Shown here piece by piece: positions 36,897-44,945 of a stretch of DNA of 53,294 nucleotides. The stretch comes from Hymenobacter sp. GTDB taxonomy: Bacteria; Bacteroidota; Bacteroidia; Cytophagales; Hymenobacteraceae. The stretch's first letter is position 1; every line of letters starts with the position of its first letter. Made by a program: the position numbers and the translations under genes. The DNA is taken from contig JANXUO010000023.1 of NCBI GenBank assembly GCA_025356245.1, positions 1 to 53,294 of the forward strand. The letters run 5' to 3'. Under the pieces are notes generated by a model, which had not been told where the DNA came from, did not search any database, and worked only from the letters and a program-made list of their open reading frames with translations.

Positions 36897-37179
36897 GATT
36901 ATCGGCGCAGGGCCAACTCCACTTTTGGCTAAATATACTGGGCGCATTTGCTGCCAGTCAGCCGCCAATGTTTCGGGGCAAGCAATTGGTCAACAGGAAA
37001 CAAGCGCGGCTACCCGAGGTAGTCGCGCTTGTTTGTAAAGCACATTTCCAGCTAGTCCCGTTGGGAGTTGAGCGCACGGCCGGACAGGAAGGACTGGGCG
37101 GCCCGTGTATCATTGTGCGCCGATAGGCACAGAGGATAGTCTTTTTTTCACTTAACTGCCCGGCCACCGGGCTTTCATT

Positions 37180-37773
37180 ATGCTACGTCTTTGTTCCTTT
37201 TCCTTGCTGGCCGCCCTGGGCGGGGCGTTGACCACGGGTTGTTCTTCCCCCCAGGAATCGGCCCCGCCCGGCGTTGCCGACGCACCGGTGGCTACCGGGC
37301 GGGACCCGGGTGCCCGCGCTGACTCACTCGGCGGCATTCCCGACCACAAATTTGGCCAGCCGATAAGCGCCTTTCCCGGACTGGTGCTGGCCGCCAACCA
37401 AACACCGGGCACTCGGACTTATCACTACCCGGACGGCAAGGGGGAGCCCGGTTGGTTTGGCAAGCGCAAGCAGGAGATGCCCAACGAGTTTTATTCTTTT
37501 TACACCTTCAGCGGAGGACAATTCGTGGCCTTCCAGGCCCTTGCCTACGGGGATGGCCGCCGGGCCTTGCGTGAGCAGGCACTGTATCTTTTCGGGCCAG
37601 GTAAGCAGTGGCCCACCGGCGTGAACTGGGAGGGGAAGCAGGTGCTGGCCTATTACACCACGCCGCAGTTGCCTTCCGGGCCCGGCGCGGAACTCGATGT
37701 GCAGAGCCAGGAATTTGTGCGGGCCCGGGACAAAGCGCAGCAAGATAAGCTTATGCAGGAGAACGCCCAGTAG
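37180..37773 (+). CDS. Hypothetical lipoprotein
   Basis: Hydrophobic leader with lipobox LTTG-C. Confidence 0.75.
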   Translation: MLRLCSFSLLAALGGALTTGCSSPQESAPPGVADAPVATGRDPGARADSLGGIPDHKFGQPISAFPGLVLAANQTPGTRTYHYPDGKGEPGWFGKRKQEMPNEFYSFYTFSGGQFVAFQALAYGDGRRALREQALYLFGPGKQWPTGVNWEGKQVLAYYTTPQLPSGPGAELDVQSQEFVRARDKAQQDKLMQENAQ

Positions 37774-38051
37774 CCGACAGGCGGCGGCACAACAAACGAC
37801 AGGAGCATCGGGAATATAGCAGAAAAAGAAGAGAGAAAATGGCCGTTTCGGCGTGTTTCGTGCATTCATTAAAATACGGCCGACGACGAAGTACTGCCCG
37901 TTATTTTCGACGCGTCGGAGCGGGGCTGCCAGGTGCCGTTTTTTCAGGCACGACAAGGAAAAGTTAAGGCACTTCCTTGTCCGTCACCCAGACCACCGCA
38001 ATGACGAACGCTGCCCGTGCCCTGGCCCAGTTCTTCCACCGGCAGCGGTTG

Positions 38052-39569
38052 TTAGCTGGCCCGCGCGGTTAAACGAGGCCCCTTTCGCAGGGTTTCCAGC
38101 GTCAGCTGCCACAGATGTTCGTAAGGCACGACTTCCATCTCAGCAAATGCTTCTCCTGGAACGGGGGCCCCGGTTAATTCTTTTACCAGGGAAGCACTGC
38201 GCTCAACGCAAGTACGGGGGTTGAAATCTTCCTCGTGAAGCAGAGCCAATAATTTAAGGAATAAGCGGCTGCGCAGTGTTTCTACTCCTTGCAGGTGCAA
38301 CTGCCGGTACTTGCGCAGGCGTTCCAGCCGAAGGGCTACCTCATCGAGATTGCGGCGGTGCAAGAAATATAGCAGTTGAATTATGAGCACGGCGACGTGG
38401 TAACCCCGCTTGTCGCGGTTGAAATCCGGCAGTGCCAGCGCCCACTGGGCGACGGGCTGGCGAAGCAGCCGGGTGGGGGGCAGCACGAGCACGTCGAGGT
38501 AGGCGCGGTACAACTCCCAACGCTGGCGGTCGGAAACCCGCTGCCCGGCGTAGGCCCCGTTCCGGGTCACTTCCTCGTACACCTGCCGGGCTTGGTCGAG
38601 GGCACCGGTGTGCAGGGCCAAAAGCAAGTGGTTTTCCTGGTAGGAAAACCAGCCATTGGAGGAAGGGTGAAAATCCAGCAGGTGCTGCCGGGCCAGCGCC
38701 AGGCCCTCGCCCGCCCGGCGGGCCCCCAGGTAGCCGTGCGCCATCATGAAATGGTTGTAGCGTTGGTCGAAGCGCCGGGCGTTCAGCCCGCCGCTGGCGG
38801 CCAGGCAGGCGGCTTCCGTGGTCAAACGGATGATTTCCTCGAAATTTCCGCGCACCTGCTGTACGTACAGCTTCGCCCGGTACAGGAAGAAGAACGTGCC
38901 GAAGCTGCCGCCGGCCTGCTGGTGGAGGGCTTCCAGGCGCTCGACGTACTCCGGTAGCTGCGGCAGCAAGCGCCGCTGCGCCGCGATGGCTCCCCCGGCG
39001 GCCATGCGAAACTCGGCGTACAAGTCCTCGGCCTCGCTTTCGGCCTGGTGGCGCTGCCGCCACCAGGCAAGCTCCTGCACCACGCGGCGGTACTTGGCAT
39101 CCTTGCGCTGCAACACGTAGAGGTGGCGCAGGTGACGGGCGGCCAGCAGCCCGTAGTACGTGAAATCGTCCTGCCGCGCCTGCCGCAGGCCCCGCGTTAG
39201 TAAGTACTCGGCCAGCGCGAACGCTCCTTCTTCGATTAAGATAGTGGCCTGGTGCATCGAACTGAGAATGGCCAATTCAGCCCGCCGGCCCACTAGGTGG
39301 CGGGCATCGGAAAAGTCAAGAAAATAAAGGTGGTTGAGCAGCTTGACCTGGAGCCGGCTCCGCAATTGGTAGTAGGCTTCGACTGTGGCCGGCGTATTGC
39401 TGCCGTAAATGCGTTGCACCAGGGTGCTTTGCGTGGCATCGGGAAGTTCGACCAACGCCTGCATCAACTGGTTCTCTTTCGTATTACCGGCATCTTCCGG
39501 TTTGAGCAATGGCAGTCGGGTTAGCCCTCTTGATGTCACAATTCGAGCTAATTGAACCAGATTGTTCAT
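38052..39569 (-). CDS. Putative transcriptional regulator: N-terminal winged-HTH-like region plus TPR-like helical repeats
   Basis: KENQLMQAL..TLVQRIYG..AYYQLRSRLQVKL resembles an OmpR/PhoB-type wHTH. The remaining ~400 aa are all-alpha with TPR-like units such as EGAFALAEYLLTRGLRQA and HTGALDQARQVYEEV. No signal peptide or TM. The ORF is secure; the function is inferred. Confidence 0.7.
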   Translation of the reverse strand: MNNLVQLARIVTSRGLTRLPLLKPEDAGNTKENQLMQALVELPDATQSTLVQRIYGSNTPATVEAYYQLRSRLQVKLLNHLYFLDFSDARHLVGRRAELAILSSMHQATILIEEGAFALAEYLLTRGLRQARQDDFTYYGLLAARHLRHLYVLQRKDAKYRRVVQELAWWRQRHQAESEAEDLYAEFRMAAGGAIAAQRRLLPQLPEYVERLEALHQQAGGSFGTFFFLYRAKLYVQQVRGNFEEIIRLTTEAACLAASGGLNARRFDQRYNHFMMAHGYLGARRAGEGLALARQHLLDFHPSSNGWFSYQENHLLLALHTGALDQARQVYEEVTRNGAYAGQRVSDRQRWELYRAYLDVLVLPPTRLLRQPVAQWALALPDFNRDKRGYHVAVLIIQLLYFLHRRNLDEVALRLERLRKYRQLHLQGVETLRSRLFLKLLALLHEEDFNPRTCVERSASLVKELTGAPVPGEAFAEMEVVPYEHLWQLTLETLRKGPRLTARAS

Positions 39570-39630
39570 GTTTTATTGCTTATTTACAAACATTTAGCTT
39601 TCGGCAGCTTGATGAGGGCGCTGATTTTTG

Positions 39631-39730
39631 ATGTCAGGAAGCCACCGGTTTTTTCCTATTGAGTTGGCTGTCCTTCCTCTACCTTTGATATTGGAATATT
39701 GTGCGTTTTTACAAGCGTTTATGTCAGGAA
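39631..39730 (+). promoter_or_regulatory. Two ATGTCAGGAA boxes in the divergent intergenic region
   Basis: Exact copies at 39631-39640 and 39721-39730, with a TACCTTTG (TAnnTTTG) box between them at 39680-39687. Confidence 0.6.
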
Positions 39731-39939
39731 TCGGCATTTTCTAAAGCCCAACGCCCGGCAATAGTAAGCATTTTCAGGCAATTGGAGCATAAATTATTTT
39801 GTTGATGTAGAAAAGGTTAAGTTTATTATTTTAAAAATACTGGTGAGTTTTAGCGGCTGCCTTTCCTTTTTACGCCGGCTTGACTGGGGGAATTTTGCAG
39901 TGTCAATAACAGACACTCAAACCCTTAACCCCCTAAGCC

Positions 39940-40104
39940 ATGTTGAGCCTGCTTGCCCTCGCCCTCCTCCAGTTGGCTACCCTGACGGGTAGCCCCACCA
40001 CCGGCCAACCCACCCCGCCGGCAACCACTATCCCCACCCCCCCCACCACCCCACCCCCCGCCCCCCAGGCCCCCATCGGGGACGACAAGTGGACCGGTCA
40101 GTAA
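39940..40104 (+). CDS. 54-aa secreted propeptide (not in the ORF track)
   Basis: Hand translation: MLSLLALALLQLATLTGSPTTGQPTPPATTIPTPPTTPPPAPQAPIGDDKWTGQ*. Hydrophobic leader, Pro/Thr linker, distinct C-terminal motif, own terminator. Confidence 0.8.
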   Translation: MLSLLALALLQLATLTGSPTTGQPTPPATTIPTPPTTPPPAPQAPIGDDKWTGQ

Positions 40105-40128
40105 AGCATTCCCAGCCCCCCCGTTGCG

Positions 40129-40170
40129 AAAAGCAAGGTAAGTGACCCCGGTCGCCTACCTTGCTTTTTT
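40129..40170 (+). terminator. Terminator hairpin between the peptide gene and the oppA-like gene
   Basis: AAAAGCAAGGTA ... TACCTTGCTTTTTT. Confidence 0.75.
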
Positions 40171-40193
40171 ATTGGGCCTTACCCACGCTTTAT

Positions 40194-41993
40194 ATGCCGT
40201 CCCGAAATCTGGCTCTTCGCCTCACGCCACGCGTTGCAACGTGGGCGCTGCTGGCCGTTGCCTGCTCCTGCTCCACACCGCCCGCGCCCCCGGTCGCGGG
40301 CGCGGTCCGCATCCGCTGGGCGCAGGACCCGGAGAACCTCGACCCCATGGTGCTGCCCAACCCCCAGGCCATTGAGGCGGCGAACCTGCTGCATGGCAGC
40401 CTGCTGCAACTTGATTACGCGCAGCAGCTTTTTCAGCCCGCCCTGGCCACGGGGCTGCCGGCCCGGCAGGCGCTGGGCGACTCGCTCGCCGTGCTTACCT
40501 ACGAGCTGCGCCCGGAAGCCCGCTGGGACGATGGCAAGCCGGTCACTGCCCGCGACGTTGCGTTCAGCCTCAAGCTGATGGCCTGTCCGCCCGGCCTGGG
40601 CCTCCCCAACGAGGACGCCCGGCTGGCGTACCGCTTTGTCCGCGAGGTGCGGCAGGAAGCCGCGTTCCCGCGCCGCGTGGTGCTGGTGTGCGCCGGGCAG
40701 GCCCCCACCCACCTGCAGGCCACCGGCACCTTCCCCATTTTGCCCGAACACCGCCTCGACGCGGCGGGGCGGCTGCGGCGGTTTTCGCTGGCCGCGCTGC
40801 AAAACTGGCCGGCGACGCATCTGCCGGACACCGGCCTGACGGCTTTCGCGCAACAGTACCACGCGTTTCGGGCCCGCCAGCGGGGCAACAACCTGCCGGG
40901 GTGCGGCCCCTACGCGCTCGCCGGCTGGACCAAGGACGCGCGGCTGACCTTCCGCCGGAAGCCCGCCTGGTGGGCCGACCGCCTGCCAGCTTCTGTCCCG
41001 GCCGTGCTGCGGGCCCCCTGCCCCTTGCTGACGTTCGAGATTGTCCCGGACGAGGCCACGGCAGGACTAGCCTTGCAACGGGGCGAGCTGGACCTCTTCC
41101 CGCAGGTACCGGCCCGCCTCTTCGCCCGGCTGCGCCAATCCGCCGCCGCCCGGCAGGAGCTGGCCTTCCACGCCGCCCCGTCGTTCGAGGTGGTGACGGT
41201 GGCCTTCAACACGCAACGGCCCGGCCTGGCCGACGCGCCCACCCGCCGGGCCCTGGGCCTGCTGCTGGATGCCGGCGGGCTGCTGCAAGCCACCCAGCTA
41301 GGGGAGGGGCAGCGCACGGCCGGCCTGATTGGCCCGGCCGACCCCCGGGCAGGCTGCTGCGACAGCTTGCCGCCGCTCGCCTTCGACCCGCCCCAAGCGG
41401 CGCTGCTGCTGGGGCAGGCCGGCTGGCAACGGCACCCGGACGGGTGGCACCGGCGGGCGGGTACTGCTGCCCCGGCTACCGCTTTGCGGCTGCGCCTGCG
41501 CTACCGCACCGGCGATGCCATGCAGGAAACCATCGCCCTGCAGTTCCGGGCCGCCGCCGCCCGCATCGGCGTGCCGGTGGCCCTGCTGCCCACCGAGGCA
41601 GGGGCGCTGGGCGCGGCCCTGCGGGCGGGCGACTTCGACCTCTGCGTCCGCACCGTCAAGGGCAACCCCTTCTCCTGCAACTTCATGCCCCTGCTGCACT
41701 CGCGGGCGGTGGGGGAGGGCAACGTGAGCCGCTTCGGCACGGCGGCCAGCGACGAACTGCTCGAGCAACTGGCCGCCGCCGCCACCCCCGCGCAGCAGGC
41801 GCGGCTGCTGCGCCGCTTCCAGATAATGGTGCGGGAGCAGGCCCCGCTGGTGCCCCTGTTCGTGGTGCCGACCCGCCTGGCGGCCAGCCGGCGGCTGGCC
41901 GGGCTGCGCGCCTACGGCCTGAAGCCCGGCTACGCCATCACTGCGCTGCACCGGGCCGCGGCCCCCGAACCGGCGGCCGCGCCCGCCCCGTAG
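40194..41993 (+). CDS. Oligopeptide/dipeptide ABC transporter substrate-binding lipoprotein (SBP family 5, OppA/DppA-like)
   Basis: Lipobox AVACS-C, DPENLDP, YELRPEARWDDGKPVTARDVAFS, GCGPY. Confidence 0.9.
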   Translation: MPSRNLALRLTPRVATWALLAVACSCSTPPAPPVAGAVRIRWAQDPENLDPMVLPNPQAIEAANLLHGSLLQLDYAQQLFQPALATGLPARQALGDSLAVLTYELRPEARWDDGKPVTARDVAFSLKLMACPPGLGLPNEDARLAYRFVREVRQEAAFPRRVVLVCAGQAPTHLQATGTFPILPEHRLDAAGRLRRFSLAALQNWPATHLPDTGLTAFAQQYHAFRARQRGNNLPGCGPYALAGWTKDARLTFRRKPAWWADRLPASVPAVLRAPCPLLTFEIVPDEATAGLALQRGELDLFPQVPARLFARLRQSAAARQELAFHAAPSFEVVTVAFNTQRPGLADAPTRRALGLLLDAGGLLQATQLGEGQRTAGLIGPADPRAGCCDSLPPLAFDPPQAALLLGQAGWQRHPDGWHRRAGTAAPATALRLRLRYRTGDAMQETIALQFRAAAARIGVPVALLPTEAGALGAALRAGDFDLCVRTVKGNPFSCNFMPLLHSRAVGEGNVSRFGTAASDELLEQLAAAATPAQQARLLRRFQIMVREQAPLVPLFVVPTRLAASRRLAGLRAYGLKPGYAITALHRAAAPEPAAAPAP

Positions 41994-41995
41994 TC

Positions 41996-43066
41996 ATGGG
42001 CCTGCACTTCCTCGGCCGCCGGCTACTCAACACCCTGGTGGCCCTCTGGGGGCTGGGGTCGCTCGTGTTCCTGCTGGGCCGCCACGACCCGGCCGGAGGG
42101 CCAGAGCAACAGCTTTTGTCCGATGGTACCGAATCGGGCATCGGCACTGAAAGCCGCGACCCGGCCGCAATGGCCGCCGCCCGGCAGGCGGTGCGCCACC
42201 GCCTGGGGCTCGACCAGCCCCTGTTCTATTTGAGCCAACAAGCGCCGGCCGCCGCCAACGGCGCACGGTGGCGGTGGAACGGCACCGCCAACCAGTACCA
42301 CCACTGGCTGGCCCGCCTGCTGCGCGGCGAGCTGGGGCATTCGCTGCGCACGGGCCAGCCGGTGGCCGGCCAGTTGGGGGCCGCGCTGTGCTGTACGCTG
42401 CCGCTCACCGGCACGGCGCTGGCCCTGGCGCTGGGCGCGGCCCTGTGGCTGGGGCAAGGGCTGGCCGGGCCGCGCCGCTGGTGGCAGGGGCCGGTGCGTG
42501 CGCTGCTGCTGGCCCTGCAAAGTGCCCCCCTCTTCGTGCTGGCCCTGGGGCTGTTGCTGCTGCTGGCCAACCCGCAGGCGCTGAACTGGTTTCCGGGGTA
42601 TGGCCTGGCGGACGAGGAGTTGGCCGGCTGGAACCGGCTCGGCGAATTGGCTCGGCACCTCGCGCTGCCGGTCGTCAGCCTCGTGCTGGCGGCCCTGCCC
42701 GACCTGGCCTTGCAACTGGAGGCCGCGTTGCGCCACGAGCTGGGCACCGACTACGCCGCCGCCGCCCGGGCCAAGGGACTGGGCGAGGCGCAACTCATCC
42801 GGCACCACGCCCTGCCCAATGCCCTGCTGCCCACCCTGACGCAGGTCACGGGCCTGGTGCCGGCGCTGCTGGCCGGCGCGTTGGTCGTGGAGGTGGTGTA
42901 CGCCCTGCCGGGCATGGGGCGGCTGTTAGCCGCCGCCGCCGCCCTGCGCGACTACCCGGTCGTGCTGGGCGGGGTGCTGCTGACGGGCGCGGCCCGCCTG
43001 GGGGCGCTGCTGCTGGCCGACGTGCTTTACCACCGGGCCGACCCCCGCATCCGATGGACCAGGTAG
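41996..43066 (+). CDS. ABC permease, OppB/DppB-like
   Basis: RHRLGLDQPL, QYHHWLARLLRGELGHS, DYAAAARAKGL, HHALPNALLP, ADPRIR. Confidence 0.9.
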   Translation: MGLHFLGRRLLNTLVALWGLGSLVFLLGRHDPAGGPEQQLLSDGTESGIGTESRDPAAMAAARQAVRHRLGLDQPLFYLSQQAPAAANGARWRWNGTANQYHHWLARLLRGELGHSLRTGQPVAGQLGAALCCTLPLTGTALALALGAALWLGQGLAGPRRWWQGPVRALLLALQSAPLFVLALGLLLLLANPQALNWFPGYGLADEELAGWNRLGELARHLALPVVSLVLAALPDLALQLEAALRHELGTDYAAAARAKGLGEAQLIRHHALPNALLPTLTQVTGLVPALLAGALVVEVVYALPGMGRLLAAAAALRDYPVVLGGVLLTGAARLGALLLADVLYHRADPRIRWTR

Positions 43067-44010
43067 CGCACCGGCGGCGGCAATACGCGGCGCTGGCCTG
43101 GCTGCTGCTGGTGGCGGGGGCGGGCCTGGCCGCGCCCTATCTGCCGCTGCCCTTCGCGCCCGCCGAACCGGACTTGCTGGCCGTCGGCGTTTCGCCCGCG
43201 CAAGGGGCCGGGGCCGGCCACTGGCTCGGCACCGACCCGCTGGGGCGCGACGTGCTGGCGGGCCTGCTCTTCGGTGCCCGGACGCTGGTGCTGGTGACCG
43301 TGCCGGCCGCCCTGCTGGCGGCGCTGCTCGGGGCCGTGCTCGGCAGCCTGGCCGGCTACGGGCGGCGGCTGGCGGCCCCGGCCCCCGCCTGGCTGCTGGG
43401 GGCGGGCCTGGGCTGGTGGGGGCTGGCCTTGCCCCGCCCGGCGCTGGGGCTGGCGGCGGCGGCCGGGGCCGGGGCGTGGGCGCTGGGCCAGTGGCTGCGG
43501 CATCGGTCGGGGCCGGTCTGGGCGCTTTCTCTGGATGCGCTCATCCAGGGCGCGGGGGCCCTGGTGGGCACCGTGCCGCGGCTGGTGCTGGTGGCGGCGG
43601 TGGCCACCGGCGGGCCACTCTCGCTGACCGGGCTGGGGCTGCTGCTGGTCCTGACCAACTGGCCCGGCCCCGCGCGGCTGGTGCGGGCCGAAACCCTGCG
43701 GGTGCGGGCGCTGCCCTTCGTCGAAGCGGCGCGGGCCCTGGGCCTGCCGGCGGCCTGCATCTTGAGGCGGCACGTACTGCCGCTGGCGCTGCGCCCGCTC
43801 CGCGCCGACCTGCCCCTGCGCCTGGCGGCCTTCGTGGGGCTGGAAAGCACGCTCTCGTTCCTGGGCCTGGGCCTGCCGCCCGACACGGCCAGTTGGGGCC
43901 GCCTGCTCGACGCGGCCCGGCTCGACCCGGCCGCCTGGTGGACCGCCGCCCCGCCGATGCTCGCGCTGCTGCTCACCACGGGCGCGCTGCTCATACTCTC
44001 GAAGAAGTGA
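43054..44010 (+). CDS. ABC permease, OppC/DppC-like
   Basis: HWLGTDPLGRDV, FVEAARALG, ESTLSFLGLG, SWG. Confidence 0.9.
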   Translation: MDQVAHRRRQYAALAWLLLVAGAGLAAPYLPLPFAPAEPDLLAVGVSPAQGAGAGHWLGTDPLGRDVLAGLLFGARTLVLVTVPAALLAALLGAVLGSLAGYGRRLAAPAPAWLLGAGLGWWGLALPRPALGLAAAAGAGAWALGQWLRHRSGPVWALSLDALIQGAGALVGTVPRLVLVAAVATGGPLSLTGLGLLLVLTNWPGPARLVRAETLRVRALPFVEAARALGLPAACILRRHVLPLALRPLRADLPLRLAAFVGLESTLSFLGLGLPPDTASWGRLLDAARLDPAAWWTAAPPMLALLLTTGALLILSKK

Positions 44011-44063
44011 CTGGGCAGCGGCCCGCTGGACACAAATTCTTCATCCGGCGTGGGGGCAGGCAA

Positions 44064-44228
44064 ATGTCAGGAATGCCTTATTTTTTGGAAAAAGTGCTTT
44101 GGGCTAAAACAGGTCCGAACAACTTCGTTTGCACATTTTTGAGCGACCTGACCGGTGTCGGGGGAGCCTCGACAACCGATGAGAACTGGTTTTTGGGGCC
44201 ATCAGGCGTACGTTCGAGATGTCAGGAA
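44064..44228 (+). promoter_or_regulatory. Second pair of ATGTCAGGAA boxes upstream of the T9SS cargo genes
   Basis: Exact copies at 44064-44073 and 44219-44228. Confidence 0.55.
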
Positions 44229-44945
44229 AATGGGCAAGTTATCCTTTGATTGGGGCGACGGCCCCCGTAACCTTGTGTCGCCGTTGGGCAACCGGCATAC
44301 TTGCCTGGTCGCGGGCTGCCGCACCTGCCTGCAACCCGCCACCTCACCCGCTTTGCTGACCTGATGTTCAACCCCCAGAATGCCCTACACGGGCCTGTTT
44401 GATGCGAATTCGCTTGCGTCAAACGAACCGGGAATATGCTATCTTTATACCAGCACTTACCTGCTCCGCTCTTCAAATCAGCTCTCGCACCATACCTCAA
44501 CTACGACACCGTTACGCATCACTGCGGCCAGCAGTTCTCAGCACCCTTTTTTTCACTCCCTCATGCTGATTCCGCTACTCTTTCTGAGCCAGCCGCTGTG
44601 CTGGGTCATTCGGCCTGAGCGGCCATCCTTCACTTCTTCCCCTACGACGAAATGAAAGACACCGCCCCGCGCCGCTGGCCGCTCCTGAGGCAGCCCCGGC
44701 ACTACTTCCGCAACCGCAGCACCGAACACTCCGGGCCGGCGGACAAACGGGCACCCCTGCGCGAACAGGGGGCCGTTTGTTCCGCCTTATAAATGGGCCG
44801 GCCCACCGGGAAGGTGCGCCCACCCTTTGCTTCGGATTGCCGGTTCCGGGGCCTCCAACGCGGAGGTACGGGGCAAGGACTCACCGCTTGTGACACGGCA
44901 ATTCGAAAGTTACGAGTCCTGCAAACTTTTAGCTTCGCTAAATCG

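Noticed and set aside
1881-37131. The 18-bp palindrome as a CRISPR repeat or canonical parS
   Set aside because: Copies are dispersed with no regular spacers, no cas genes are present, and the sequence differs from the canonical parS TGTTTCACGTGAAACA.
37774-38051. Insertion sequence or att site at the backbone-cargo junction
   Set aside because: No transposase, integrase, terminal inverted repeats or target duplication could be seen.
39940-40104. Small peptide as a RiPP precursor
   Set aside because: No modifying enzyme, peptidase-exporter or immunity gene is nearby. The neighbours are an importer and a regulator.
40688-43053. Long N-terminal extensions of the permease ORFs (40688.. and 42268..)
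   Set aside because: Stop-free alternative frames overlapping upstream genes. Real starts are ATG 41996 and ATG 43054.
44380-44790. Short ORFs in the opp-T9SS intergenic region (e.g. 44436-44618)
   Set aside because: No motif, leader or codon support. Cannot be called from sequence alone.
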